From the NCBI GenBank assembly GCA_041739995.1, contig JBGSMV010000040.1, positions 1 to 64,000 of the forward strand: 64,000 nt of DNA, in the 5' to 3' direction. The translations under genes and the position numbers were made by a program. A model generated the notes under the pieces. That model worked only from the letters and a program-made list of their open reading frames with translations, ran no database searches and had not been told where the DNA came from. This DNA comes from Bdellovibrionota bacterium. Lineage in GTDB: Bacteria > Bdellovibrionota_C > UBA2361 > JBGSMV01. How positions within the stretch are numbered: the stretch's first letter is position 1; each line of letters opens with the position of its first letter. Positions 29,956 through 39,895 of this stretch are shown here, one piece after another.

Positions 29956-30702
29956 ATGGAATCACGTGCCGCCCCTCATCAACGCTATCAGTTTAAGCCC
30001 TTCACCGGATCGAGCCACTCCTGGGCCATCGAAAAAATGGCTTCAATCCCGAAAACCGCTCGAATTCTGGATATAGGTTGTAGTGGTGGCGCCATTGGAA
30101 AAGCGCTTCGGGAGCGGGGCTTCACCGCCCTTGAGGCTATAGAGATCGACGAAGAGACGCGCGAACGGGCCCGCCCGGTGTATAACCGCATTGAAGCTTC
30201 AATCGAGCCATTTCTCGCTTCGGTTAGTTCCTCAAAAGAAGCGCGCTTCGATGTGCTTTTGTTACTGGACGTCATTGAACACATGGCTGAGCCAGAAGCT
30301 TTTCTCACCACCGCCAGCCAAGTGCTAAACCCCGGCGGAATCATTCTTCTCTCGGTGCCGAATATTACTCATTGGAGCGTCAGGCTTCCGATGCTGTTTG
30401 GCTGCTTTAACTACACCGAGCGTGGCATCTTAGACCGCACCCATTTGCAGTTCTTTACCACTCGACGGGTGCGAGAGATCCCTGCGCAGGTTTCCAGCCT
30501 CGCACTTCAGGTTCATCAGGGCAGCATCGCTCCGGCAGAGTTCGTGCTGCCACAGTGGATTTCAAACAGTGCCTGGTTCGAAGTAGTGCGGCGCGTTCGT
30601 CGATTCGCGGCCTACGCGTGGCCAAGCATGTTTGCCTTTCAGCACCTGGCGGTGCTGCATCGCACCGCAGAAGCTACAACATCATCCATACAACCAAAGT
30701 AA
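29956..30702 (+). CDS. Class I SAM-dependent methyltransferase (type often associated with glycans)
   Basis: ILDIGCSGG, LDVIEHM, LSVPN, GILDRTHLQFFT. Confidence 0.88.
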   Translation: MESRAAPHQRYQFKPFTGSSHSWAIEKMASIPKTARILDIGCSGGAIGKALRERGFTALEAIEIDEETRERARPVYNRIEASIEPFLASVSSSKEARFDVLLLLDVIEHMAEPEAFLTTASQVLNPGGIILLSVPNITHWSVRLPMLFGCFNYTERGILDRTHLQFFTTRRVREIPAQVSSLALQVHQGSIAPAEFVLPQWISNSAWFEVVRRVRRFAAYAWPSMFAFQHLAVLHRTAEATTSSIQPK

Positions 30703-30722
30703 GGTGCCAGAGTAACGTGCCC

Positions 30723-31577
30723 ATGACTCGTCCCGCTGCTCCTGAAACGCTTCGAATCTTGTCATGGAACGTAAATGGGCTGCGCTCAATCCTTGCGAAG
30801 GGTTTTCGTGAAGTAATAGAGAAACGCAATCCAGATGTAGTCTGTCTGCAGGAAATAAAAATTACTGCTGACGACTTAGCGCCGATTGCTGCGCTCCTTC
30901 CCGGATATACTACGTTTGCAAGTCACGCCGCGCGACCGGGCTACTCGGGAGTGGCATTATTGCTGCGAGACAATCTGGCGAAGGATGTGCGCATCAGCGA
31001 CCGCCTTTCTACGAAAACGACCTCTCCCCTTGAAGAGGCTGCGCATCAAGAAGGGCGCGTGCTCATCGCCGAGAGCTCCCAATTCTTGCTTTACAACATC
31101 TATTTTCCGTCAGGCACCTCAGGCGAGACGCGGCAGGATTTTAAATATCAGTTTTTGGATCATCTTACCGCGCACCTGAACGAACTTTCTGAGGCGCAGC
31201 GCTCGCGCGCAGTTATTTGTGGAGATTTCAATATCTGCCACAAGCCAGAAGACATTCATCACCCTGAAGTTGCCACACGTCGCCAGCTCACCGGTTTTCT
31301 GCCCGATGAGCGCGCATGGATTGATCGTCTGGTTGCAAGTGGCTTTGTTGATTCTTTCCGAGCAATTCATCCTGAAGTGCGCGATGTCTATAGCTGGTGG
31401 ACTTACCGAGCCGGTGCGAGGGGGAAGAATCTCGGATGGCGCATTGATTACCAATTCGTCGCCAAAGAGCTGGCCCCCCACGTTGAAGATGCTCAAATTC
31501 TTACCGACGTTATGGGGTCAGATCACTGTCCGACTGAGCTGTTGCTGCAGATCGCTAAGACCACGGCCGCGCGCTAG
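30723..31577 (+). CDS. xth: Exodeoxyribonuclease III / AP endonuclease
   Basis: SWNVNGLRS, LQEIK, GYSGVA, GDFNICH, GWRIDY, SDHCP. Confidence 0.96.
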   Translation: MTRPAAPETLRILSWNVNGLRSILAKGFREVIEKRNPDVVCLQEIKITADDLAPIAALLPGYTTFASHAARPGYSGVALLLRDNLAKDVRISDRLSTKTTSPLEEAAHQEGRVLIAESSQFLLYNIYFPSGTSGETRQDFKYQFLDHLTAHLNELSEAQRSRAVICGDFNICHKPEDIHHPEVATRRQLTGFLPDERAWIDRLVASGFVDSFRAIHPEVRDVYSWWTYRAGARGKNLGWRIDYQFVAKELAPHVEDAQILTDVMGSDHCPTELLLQIAKTTAAR

Positions 31578-32076
31578 CAATCAGTGTGATTTTGCCTCTG
31601 ACAACCTGGCGTGGAATTCAGTGCTCTAGGCCGGCAGCGATCGGTTCAGCTCAATGCAATCCTAATCCTGGATAATCGATCCACTGCCTCGAGCTTCGCT
31701 TCGAAGCAAATTCGAGAGATTTTGAGCATTCCTCCAAGTACCTATTCAGCCGGGTGACTCGCTATTAGGAGATTCTTATCACTATATGTTTAGCGACGAA
31801 GCTCCGCCGCTTATACCCCTTCAATCTGCGCATCGACCGCCGGAAGGGCGCGGTCTCTCTCTCTGCTTCTCGCGGATTTTGATCAGCTCCGGCTTAATAC
31901 CGTCTGATCGGCTATTCACTCGAAATGAGCGAAACGGGCGCGTTACCTGCGCTCGTGATACGGGGCTACTTGCCCGCTCAGCGGCTTCAGACGATGTTCA
32001 CCAATAAATTTAAATGGTTAGGTCCTCGCCTTGGGTCCGGCACCGCAGTCTGAGAGAGTAGCCCCGTTCCAGAGTG

Positions 32077-32116
32077 AAAAACCCCGTCACAACTTTTACG
32101 TTGCAACGGGGCTCTT
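32077..32116 (-). terminator. Intrinsic terminator after the CsgG-like gene
   Basis: Minus strand CCCCGTTGCAAC-GTAAAA-GTTGTGACGGGG followed by TTTTT. Confidence 0.75.
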
Positions 32117-32147
32117 CAAGAATGGAACTTAGTCGTCCTTAGATAAC

Positions 32148-33002
32148 CTAGGCGCCCTTAAGGGATTCAAAGGTCTTCAGCACCGCGTCATTCATGGCGA
32201 CGCGAACTGCTTGCCCCATGGCACTCTGAACAAATTCAGTCTTAGATCCGCCGATGCCAAACAAGCTTGCGCCGTTGGTTGCCGACTTAGCGGTAAACGT
32301 ACCCGCAACGTTGAAAGCACGAATAATTCGCCCCGTCTTCCCGTTCACTACTTGAACATCAAACGCAATCATTCCCGTGCGACTCGCCAGCTCGGCCTCA
32401 AAGGTTGGATTCGCCGCTGCCACGCCAGTACCGGCCCAGAACAAGCCGTTATTCCCTGTGTACGCTCCGGCGATGCCTGCGATCAGCCCCGTCCATCCAA
32501 GCGAAACGCCCGTGGAGTCGTTCGATGAAGCAACGTTCTCAGAGAATTCTGTCACGGCACCACGAATAATAAATGGTCCGCGTTCACCCTTCGCGATACG
32601 CGCCTGGTAAGTTCCATTCTTGTTGCGCTTGACCGCCTTCAGGTCGACCACCGACAGATTGCCTGCATTGGTAAGAGCGGTGATCAACTGAGAAGAGACT
32701 CCTTGCGCCACTGATTTGTTGGTAATGGTGGAACTACACTCAGCTCCTGCGCAGCGACGTCGTCCGGTCGACTCTATCTCGATGACCTGCCCTTGTGTAT
32801 TCGTGAGGAAAGGCTCAACGACCACCACGTACTTAGGCAACTTCGGATCGTAGGCGATCGCAATTGGCTCAACCTGAGCATGTCCTGGAATTTGATTTGA
32901 AGCAGCGACTGAGTTCTTGTCGAGCGACACACACCCCGTAAGCGACGCCGCAGTCAGAAAAAAAGCTGCAAGAATACCAACATGAACCTTTCTCATACCC
33001 AA
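32148..33002 (-). CDS. CsgG/HfaB family outer-membrane lipoprotein
   Basis: Lipobox LTGC; L.TAL...G...VVD, I.GAVTEF and DVQVVNGKTGRII are CsgG-like motifs. Confidence 0.75.
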   Translation of the reverse strand: MGMRKVHVGILAAFFLTAASLTGCVSLDKNSVAASNQIPGHAQVEPIAIAYDPKLPKYVVVVEPFLTNTQGQVIEIESTGRRRCAGAECSSTITNKSVAQGVSSQLITALTNAGNLSVVDLKAVKRNKNGTYQARIAKGERGPFIIRGAVTEFSENVASSNDSTGVSLGWTGLIAGIAGAYTGNNGLFWAGTGVAAANPTFEAELASRTGMIAFDVQVVNGKTGRIIRAFNVAGTFTAKSATNGASLFGIGGSKTEFVQSAMGQAVRVAMNDAVLKTFESLKGA

Positions 33003-33439
33003 CCACCTATAATAAACGTTCGAGCAATGCTCGAACCACCACCAATAGAACTGCTGCGAGCGAGATCCGAATTCAGTTCAGACCAGGCGCACACCCACGG
33101 CGGACAACAAAGCAAGTACTGTACCAGCTCCCTGAGCTACGAATTTTTCATAGAGTCCCCAGTAGCGGAGAGAGGCCCGCGAGGCCCTAGAGGCTTCCAA
33201 CTTTCTCAGACCCTGTTCGAGTTGCTTGAGACGTTCCATAGTAATGCTCTGAGGCGGCGGCGTTGCCAGAGCACTTAAGCGCCCAGCGCTTTCGAGCCGA
33301 TAGTGCCCTAATAGGTGCACTCTCCTCGCGAGCCGATGCGCCCCCCTGTGTAAGCGGCATTCATCAGGCGAACGGGTCCCCCAAGGGGCAGCGCCTATGG
33401 ACATTGACCGCAAGGCGATTAAAACGGTATCCGAGCTCT

Positions 33440-33916
33440 ATGTTTGGAATAAGTTTCACTGAGTTTTTGCTGATTGGGGTAGTCGCCCTGCTGGTCTTCG
33501 GACCAGACAAGCTTCCCGAAGTAGTGCGCTGGGTGGGGCGTATCAGTGGACAGCTCCGAAAAACCTCTGACTCTCTGAAACGAGAGCTATACAGCGCGGT
33601 GTACCAGCCAACACAAAATGAACTCGCCAATGCCAAAGGCGAAATGCACAGACTTAAAAGTGAATTCTTTAACAGCACTCAGCTCGACCCCTCGTGCCCC
33701 GATACCATTGCAAAGCGAGCAGTCACTTTGAAGGCCTCTCAGGAAACCGTCCTTCCAAAAAGTTCCCAAGACAGCCAAGGTGGCAGCGACAGCGAGCCGC
33801 CTTCGACATCGGCCAACGCACCCGCAAAATCACCTGTGGTTGATATCCCACTCCCGACCGCGCTCAGCAGCGCCACATCGCCCGCGCTGAGTCGATCTTC
33901 GGAGAAGCTCCCATGA
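33440..33916 (+). CDS. tatB: Tat translocase subunit TatB
   Basis: MFGISFTEFLLIGVVALLVFGPDKLPEV; upstream of tatC. Confidence 0.9.
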   Translation: MFGISFTEFLLIGVVALLVFGPDKLPEVVRWVGRISGQLRKTSDSLKRELYSAVYQPTQNELANAKGEMHRLKSEFFNSTQLDPSCPDTIAKRAVTLKASQETVLPKSSQDSQGGSDSEPPSTSANAPAKSPVVDIPLPTALSSATSPALSRSSEKLP

Positions 33917-34707
33917 GCACCAATACGGGAACCCTTCCGTCGGGCCAATCTCCTGCGGGCGACGCTGCTTCAACTAACGAACTTCCCGAAATGGGATTAA
34001 TGGATCACTTGCGCGAACTGCGAAAACGCCTGCTTTTTTCCATCTGTGCCGTCGCCTCCATGGCGGTGTTTGGATACGTGTACGCTCAGCCGATATTTGA
34101 TGTGCTCAATCAGCCCTACTTCGAAGCCTTTCAAGGCAGCGCCATGATTGGAACAGGCCCGGCTGAGGCGTTCGTTCTAAAGCTCAAAGTTGCACTCTTT
34201 GCCGGAGTGATATTGTCCTCGCCTTTCGTGTTCTACCAAGTGTGGCTGTTCATCTCTCCTGGGCTTTATTCTCATGAGAAAAAACTGGCCCTGCCCTTTT
34301 TGCTCATCAGCACGTCACTATTCGCTCTTGGAATTTATTTTGGTTACGCGATTATTTTCCCTTATGCCTTTGAATTTTTTCACGGGGAATACACCTCTGT
34401 TGGCCTTACCCCTACGATTCGCATGAGCGAACATCTTTCCGCTCTTATTACGGGGCTCTTAGGGTTTGGTGCCGTGTTTCAAATGCCCGTACTGGCCTAC
34501 TTCCTCGCGCGTCTAGGAATAATTACCGACCGTCTGCTGATTGATGGATTTCGATACGCAATAGTCGGGATATTTGTGGTTGCTGCAATCTTGACTCCAC
34601 CTGATGTGGTCACTCAGTGCTTGTTTGCTGCTCCATTGGCGCTGCTGTACGGAATCAGCATCTTGGTCGTGCGATATGCTCAGAGTGAACCAGATCCCAC
34701 CCCGTGA
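33913..34707 (+). CDS. tatC: Tat translocase subunit TatC
   Basis: DHLRELRKRL, QVWLFISPGLY..EK, FQMP, LTPPD. Confidence 0.97.
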   Translation: MSTNTGTLPSGQSPAGDAASTNELPEMGLMDHLRELRKRLLFSICAVASMAVFGYVYAQPIFDVLNQPYFEAFQGSAMIGTGPAEAFVLKLKVALFAGVILSSPFVFYQVWLFISPGLYSHEKKLALPFLLISTSLFALGIYFGYAIIFPYAFEFFHGEYTSVGLTPTIRMSEHLSALITGLLGFGAVFQMPVLAYFLARLGIITDRLLIDGFRYAIVGIFVVAAILTPPDVVTQCLFAAPLALLYGISILVVRYAQSEPDPTP

Positions 34708-35002
34708 ACTTGCGCCGAGCACCGCAATCCACTTGCCGTTTGCCTTCATACCGCTACATCTCCACGACGACCGCTTACTTAGAGGATTTTCCTAACCATC
34801 ACCGAAAAGCGAGTCCCATGCAGGGGTTCCTCTTAAGAGAAACCTGGAATTAGCTGGCATGATACAGCGTTCGATTGACGTAATCGCCCCATAGCCTGCA
34901 TTGTAAGAGTAAGGAGTTCAGTGCTTAGAGGCATTACTTTCCCTCCCCATTGACTTAGCTTCCCGTCCAGTAATGTTTCCGACGCTTCGCTCTGAAAACT
35001 GG

Positions 35003-35035
35003 GCACCCATCTCGTAAGAGGTGGGTGCTTTTTTT
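35003..35035 (+). terminator. Strong intrinsic terminator
   Basis: GCACCCATCTC-GTAA-GAGGTGGGTGC followed by T7. Confidence 0.88.
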
Positions 35036-35171
35036 CTGCCCGCTCTGGCACCTCGACATATTACGCGATCCCTCATGTGCTGGCCCCGCGAGGCCCTTCA
35101 ATCTTCCTGAGCCTCCTTCCATAGCTCAGCAAGTTTTTGTACCCTCAGGCTCACTCAAAAGTGGAGATACT

Positions 35172-36254
35172 GTGGCCGTACTTAGAAAAGATAAGCGCTT
35201 CACTGTGGCTGATATCGCCGCGATGGTAGGTGGCACCGTCATAGGAAACACCTCGCGAGTTGTGCATGGACTTTGCTCATTCGAGGACCCGATCGAGGGC
35301 CACCTGTGCTTTGCGCGAACCACCAGCTACAAGGCCGTAGAGCGTGCCTTAAGCAATGTTGCAGTCGCCGCAGTCTTGGTTCCCGATACTACGAAGCTCC
35401 CCCCGCTTGCTGAGGAATCAGCGCCCGCTTCGCCACCAACAAATGCTTTACCCTCTTTAATCCTTGTCAAAGACCCTGCCGCCGCTCTGTTCTCTCTGGT
35501 CCCCCAGTACTACCAGCCAAGAGAAGCCTCCGAAGGGGTACACAAACTCGCAAGCATAGATCCCTCCGCCACACTGGGGCCTAAAGTGCATGTCGGCCCG
35601 TACGCCGTGGTAGGTGCGGATGTAAAGATCGGCGAGAATGCGGTCATTCATTCCCATGTCGTGCTCTATCCCGGTGTCAGCATCGGCGCCGGTTCAGTAC
35701 TTCATTCTGGAGTGGTTATCCGCGAAGATTGCGAAATCGGTGAGGACTGCATCATACACAACGGTGCGATAATTGGTGCCGATGGGTTTGGGTACGTGCC
35801 AGACGCAACTCTGGGTCTGCGCAAGGTACCCCAGGTGGGGACAGTGAGAATTGGAGATAAAGTGGAGATTGGTGCGAATGCATGCATCGACCGAGCCACC
35901 CTTGGCACCACCGTCATAGACCACGGTGCCAAAATAGATAACCTCGCGCAGATAGCTCACAACGTGCACTTAGGGCGTTCGGCTATTGTCTGCGGTCAAG
36001 TCGGAATAGCCGGCAGCGTTCGAGTCGGCGCTGGCGCCATCCTCGGCGGCCAAACGGGGGTTAAGGACCACGTGAATATTGCGGCTGGTGCCCGCGTCGC
36101 CGCACGATCGGGGGTTTCTAATGACATTGAAGCAGGTGATTATGCAGGGTATCCAGTGTTACCTGCAAATGAATGGAAACGGCAGCATGCGGCACTTGCA
36201 CGCCTTACAAAATTGCTCATCCCACTGCAAAAACTCCTTCGCGGCGTTGAGTAG
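35172..36254 (+). CDS. lpxD: UDP-3-O-(3-hydroxymyristoyl)glucosamine N-acyltransferase
   Basis: Hexapeptide repeats, IGADGFG, EIGANACIDRA, KIDNL.QIAHNV. GTG at 35172 follows GGAG. Confidence 0.95.
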   Translation: MAVLRKDKRFTVADIAAMVGGTVIGNTSRVVHGLCSFEDPIEGHLCFARTTSYKAVERALSNVAVAAVLVPDTTKLPPLAEESAPASPPTNALPSLILVKDPAAALFSLVPQYYQPREASEGVHKLASIDPSATLGPKVHVGPYAVVGADVKIGENAVIHSHVVLYPGVSIGAGSVLHSGVVIREDCEIGEDCIIHNGAIIGADGFGYVPDATLGLRKVPQVGTVRIGDKVEIGANACIDRATLGTTVIDHGAKIDNLAQIAHNVHLGRSAIVCGQVGIAGSVRVGAGAILGGQTGVKDHVNIAAGARVAARSGVSNDIEAGDYAGYPVLPANEWKRQHAALARLTKLLIPLQKLLRGVE

Positions 36255-38058
36255 CGGCCCTCCTCTTCACGCAGCCCGGCCGACTTTCAGGGATAGGCTC
36301 TCTGATCCATTGGCTGATCCATTGGCTGATCCTTTGGCTGATCCTTTGGGCATTCCTGAAAATTGCGCCCGAAACAATTTGCGCCTTTTGATTTGCTCTT
36401 TGATATCTATCCTCGTCTTGTCTCTTGGAAGCTGTAAGCCACCAGAGGATGCCAACGTTTCACACTCAGACCCGGCCTCGGTGCGCATTGTGCACGGACC
36501 GGAGCTGCGCGCGTTCCTTAGCTCTGCGCGCGAACAATTTATGGTGGATGCCCCTAAACTCCCCAACGGAGACCCTGTGCGCATCGAACTCATCAGCGAA
36601 ATGGGCCTCGTCGCAGCTTCGCGCGTCGCGCGTGGTGAGTTGAAGGCAGAAGGTTGGATCAGCCAATCCTCTTCTCTCGTCAATTACACCAACAACACGC
36701 GAATAAACCTCGGCCCTCAGCAAGACGAATGCGTCCCTCTGTTTCGAACCAAGTACGTAGTCGCCACTCGACCCGAACATGCAGCTCTTATCGGCGCGGT
36801 AGATGAAACGTTTTCATGGACTAAACTTTTGCCTCAGGAAACAAGCTCTTCGCTCAAGAAGGATCCCAAAGGTAAAGGCGACCCTCTGTCTCAGGCCACT
36901 ACACTCTCGCTGAGCCATGCACAGCCACATGCCTCAACCACAGGACTTGGTTCCCTGATACAGCTCGCGTACGCTGCCAGCGGAGGAGCGCCACTTTCTG
37001 TCGCACTGTTGAAGAAACCAGATATCGAATCAGCTCTACAGCGCTATCAAAGGGCGGTCTTCACCTACCCTCTGAGTGAAAGTCTCCTACTGTCAAAAAC
37101 AGCTGCTGCTTCCGGGCTCCGTCCTCGCTTTGCCATCACCACCACTCAGCAACTGACCCAATTTAATCAACAACAAGGCAACTCAAACAACCGGCTTGTA
37201 GGCCTTACTCCGTCAGAAGGGAGTTATTACGAGGACTATCAGCTCTGCACCTCCGATGCTGACTGGGTCTCGCCTGGCCACCGCGCAGCACTCTCGCTAT
37301 TCGCTGACTTCCTCTTGTCTGCGCCATCCCAGAAAGACGCCCAGCACTTAGGCTTCGAACCATCACGGCGGCCCTCAACGAAAAGCGACGCCGACCACTC
37401 TGCCGAAGTAGCCCCTCCCGCCACTTTGCCTGCAAAGACCTCGAGCTCCACTCAAACGGAACTGGCTCCAGCAACTGGCGAAGTGGTCTCTTACTTACTC
37501 GAAGCCTGGCCGCGGCTGCGCCGCCCCGCAGCCTTTATCCTAGTACTTGATGCTTCAGGCAGCATGGATGGGGACGCCCTCATGGTCGGCAAGGAGCAGT
37601 TCCGCCGCATGCTCGCCTCTACCTCAAACAATGATCTTAAAGGTCTGATTGTTTTCAACACCACCAGCTCTCTAGTCTCTCCACTTACTAAAGACAGCGC
37701 GGATGTCTTTCCTAAGCTGGACCTAGTCCAAAGCCTCGGTGGAAGCGCGGTCTATGACGGAATCCGTAATGCGCTTGAAGTCGCTCAAGACTCCTCTCTC
37801 GCACCCTACCGCAAGATGGTGGTTGTCTTTACTGACGGCAGCGACAAGAACTCAGAGATTTCTCTCACCAGTCTCATGAGCTACGCCCGGCGCATGGCTG
37901 ACGAAAACGATGTCAGTCTCTTCATCGTGGGCGTTGATCGCGAAGGCTCTGACTTCTCTGACCTTGAGAAAGTAGCCCAAGAGGCGGACGGCACTTTCAG
38001 ACGCTCTGCGTTAGTGACCATGGAGGCTGTCTTTCAGGAAATCAGCAAGGGGTTCTAA
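36247..38058 (+). CDS. Lipoprotein with a solute-binding-like N-domain and C-terminal vWA domain
   Basis: Lipobox LGSC, MIDAS motif LVLDASGSM, VFTDG.D. Start uncertain (TTG at 36247 or later). Confidence 0.8.
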   Translation: MSSGPPLHAARPTFRDRLSDPLADPLADPLADPLGIPENCARNNLRLLICSLISILVLSLGSCKPPEDANVSHSDPASVRIVHGPELRAFLSSAREQFMVDAPKLPNGDPVRIELISEMGLVAASRVARGELKAEGWISQSSSLVNYTNNTRINLGPQQDECVPLFRTKYVVATRPEHAALIGAVDETFSWTKLLPQETSSSLKKDPKGKGDPLSQATTLSLSHAQPHASTTGLGSLIQLAYAASGGAPLSVALLKKPDIESALQRYQRAVFTYPLSESLLLSKTAAASGLRPRFAITTTQQLTQFNQQQGNSNNRLVGLTPSEGSYYEDYQLCTSDADWVSPGHRAALSLFADFLLSAPSQKDAQHLGFEPSRRPSTKSDADHSAEVAPPATLPAKTSSSTQTELAPATGEVVSYLLEAWPRLRRPAAFILVLDASGSMDGDALMVGKEQFRRMLASTSNNDLKGLIVFNTTSSLVSPLTKDSADVFPKLDLVQSLGGSAVYDGIRNALEVAQDSSLAPYRKMVVVFTDGSDKNSEISLTSLMSYARRMADENDVSLFIVGVDREGSDFSDLEKVAQEADGTFRRSALVTMEAVFQEISKGF

Positions 38059-38092
38059 GAGTCTGTGTCACAGACTCCTCGCTTACCGTTCC

Positions 38093-38926
38093 TCACTGGA
38101 AGCGCTGCAGAAACTTCTTCATTCGACGCAACCCTGTGGTGCGTAACTGAGAGGCTCTCGCCTCCGTAACTCCGAGCATGCTTCCCACTTGCTTGAGGGT
38201 AAAGCCATCGTAAAAGGTTGCGACAACCGCATCGTACTCGCGGTCAGGAAGCCGATCGAGCGCTTGTTCAATCAAGAGCGTATTCTCGGCACTTAAGAGA
38301 ACCGCCAACGGGTCCTTACCGTCAGGATCGAGGACCTCAGAGGCAATACCGCCGCTGGAGGCAACTTCCGCCATGTCCTGCGAAGGAGACATTGGCAGCG
38401 CAGACTCTCGTCGCTCATCGAGACGAGCACGCAAGGTGCGCACCATCTCTTCTCGAAGACCAAGCTCGAGTGCGAGTTCTTCTACTTCCACCGCACGCCC
38501 TAGCCGAACCTCCAACACATCTTGCGAGCGTCTCAATCTTTCGATGGCGCGCCGCTCTGCGCGCGAGAAGTGATCGAGTTGCCGAACCGTGCGAATCATG
38601 GCGGCATACACGCGCGATCGAAGAAAAGCTTTTTGTTTGGCTGGCTGCACCTGGGAGAGCTCAGGATAGGCGTCCAAAAGCCCCTCCAGCCCCGCACTCA
38701 CCAGGTCCGCCTCTTCGCTCGCGCAGTCGAATTCCGAGCCGACCTGCCTTGCAAGACGCTTTGTGGCAGGAAGAAAAGAGAACAAGAGATCTTCTTGGGA
38801 GCCCGCCTGCAGGGGTGAAACAGCCGCGCTCTCGTCAGGCGACCGCGACCCATTCAATTCTCCTGCCCCGGAAAGCCCAGTAACTGAACTCAAATTCTGG
38901 TGTCTCATTGCTACTCCTGTACGCAC
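38093..38926 (-). CDS. FliA/WhiG (sigma28) family sigma factor
   Basis: DLVSAGLEGLLDA, R.LD..SR..R, region 4 TLKQVG.MLGVTEARASQL. Confidence 0.85.
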   Translation of the reverse strand: MRTGVAMRHQNLSSVTGLSGAGELNGSRSPDESAAVSPLQAGSQEDLLFSFLPATKRLARQVGSEFDCASEEADLVSAGLEGLLDAYPELSQVQPAKQKAFLRSRVYAAMIRTVRQLDHFSRAERRAIERLRRSQDVLEVRLGRAVEVEELALELGLREEMVRTLRARLDERRESALPMSPSQDMAEVASSGGIASEVLDPDGKDPLAVLLSAENTLLIEQALDRLPDREYDAVVATFYDGFTLKQVGSMLGVTEARASQLRTTGLRRMKKFLQRFQ

Positions 38927-39226
38927 CCTTCAGCTCCTACATTCACGTAAGACCTAGAGCACCACGTTAGAGACGCATTACAACCACCTTCTCGAGCAGC
39001 TCCCGTCCACCAAAACACCTCAGGGTGTTCGGCAACGAGCGCTTCTACTAGAGAGGAAATTCGGTGCCTACCCGCTATCGCTTGAGACTCAGCGCCAGAA
39101 ATCCCTGTCCCGGCCCGAGTCGAGCAAATTTCCTAAGAGGCTTGCGTAGAATTTGCCTTTTGAGCGATTTTTTAAGAGGAAATTAGCTTTAAAAACGCAC
39201 ATGAGGGCGCTCATAGAGCGACATAA

Positions 39227-39895
39227 CTAGCGCGCCATTTCCTCAAGTTTTCTTCTAGCAACTGTCACTATCACCTGCGGCACGTTGCGTGATTTCGAAA
39301 GTTTTTTGATGTCAGGCGCATTAAGATATCGCACCCATTTTAGCGCCACATCGCTGGGGGTTTTGGGATTAAACACCAAGTGGACCTTTACCATGTACGA
39401 CTTAGTCCAACTTTGATTTGAGCCAATCGCTCGTAACACGTGCTCTGAAAGATTTGGATTGCGGGAAAACTCCTCAATTTCATTAAGCTGCACGCGTGGA
39501 TTCTTGAGCACGAACATCTGCACCAGTTTGCTGCCGTCGCGGATTAGGTACGCCCTGGCAGCGGCATTCCCAAACATCGCAAGCTTAATTTTCTCGGGCA
39601 TGGTGCATTCATCCATGCGCAAGGGCTTGGCCTGTTCATCCCCCTCGGCAGTTGGGGTCGCAACCGCCCCGTCGACATCTCCCTCCCCTGCTAATGTTGG
39701 AGCTCCACACTCGGCTGAGAGTATCACTTCAGGAGTTGAATCTTCACGCGCCAATGCGTCAGGTACTACTATGGAATCTTGCCCTTTGAGCACGGCACTA
39801 ATCTGTTCTTGTTCAGCAAGTGGTACATCTTCAAGCGAAAAAAGGCTCGCAAGTTCTTCGTCGCTAAGCACCTTACCTGGATTTATGATTGTCAT
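39227..39895 (-). CDS. Conserved hypothetical helical-repeat (LRV/HEAT-like) protein
   Basis: KIKLAMFGN..AR.YLIRD..K.V...VLKNPR and L..NPKTP motifs, seen in deltaproteobacterial proteins near coaX. Confidence 0.75.
   Translation of the reverse strand: MTIINPGKVLSDEELASLFSLEDVPLAEQEQISAVLKGQDSIVVPDALAREDSTPEVILSAECGAPTLAGEGDVDGAVATPTAEGDEQAKPLRMDECTMPEKIKLAMFGNAAARAYLIRDGSKLVQMFVLKNPRVQLNEIEEFSRNPNLSEHVLRAIGSNQSWTKSYMVKVHLVFNPKTPSDVALKWVRYLNAPDIKKLSKSRNVPQVIVTVARRKLEEMAR

Noticed and set aside
31833..31860. SRP RNA (CCGGAAGG)
   Set aside because: Lacks the flanking CAGG and AGCAG of the SRP S domain.
33078..33413. Minus-strand ORF upstream of the CsgG-like gene
   Set aside because: No convincing RBS or motif; it overlaps the probable tatB promoter region.
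38218..38883. 221-aa + strand ORF and other long antisense ORFs (e.g. 12153-12764, 25712-26278)
   Set aside because: Shadow frames opposite well-supported genes, with Arg/Pro-rich or otherwise unnatural composition.
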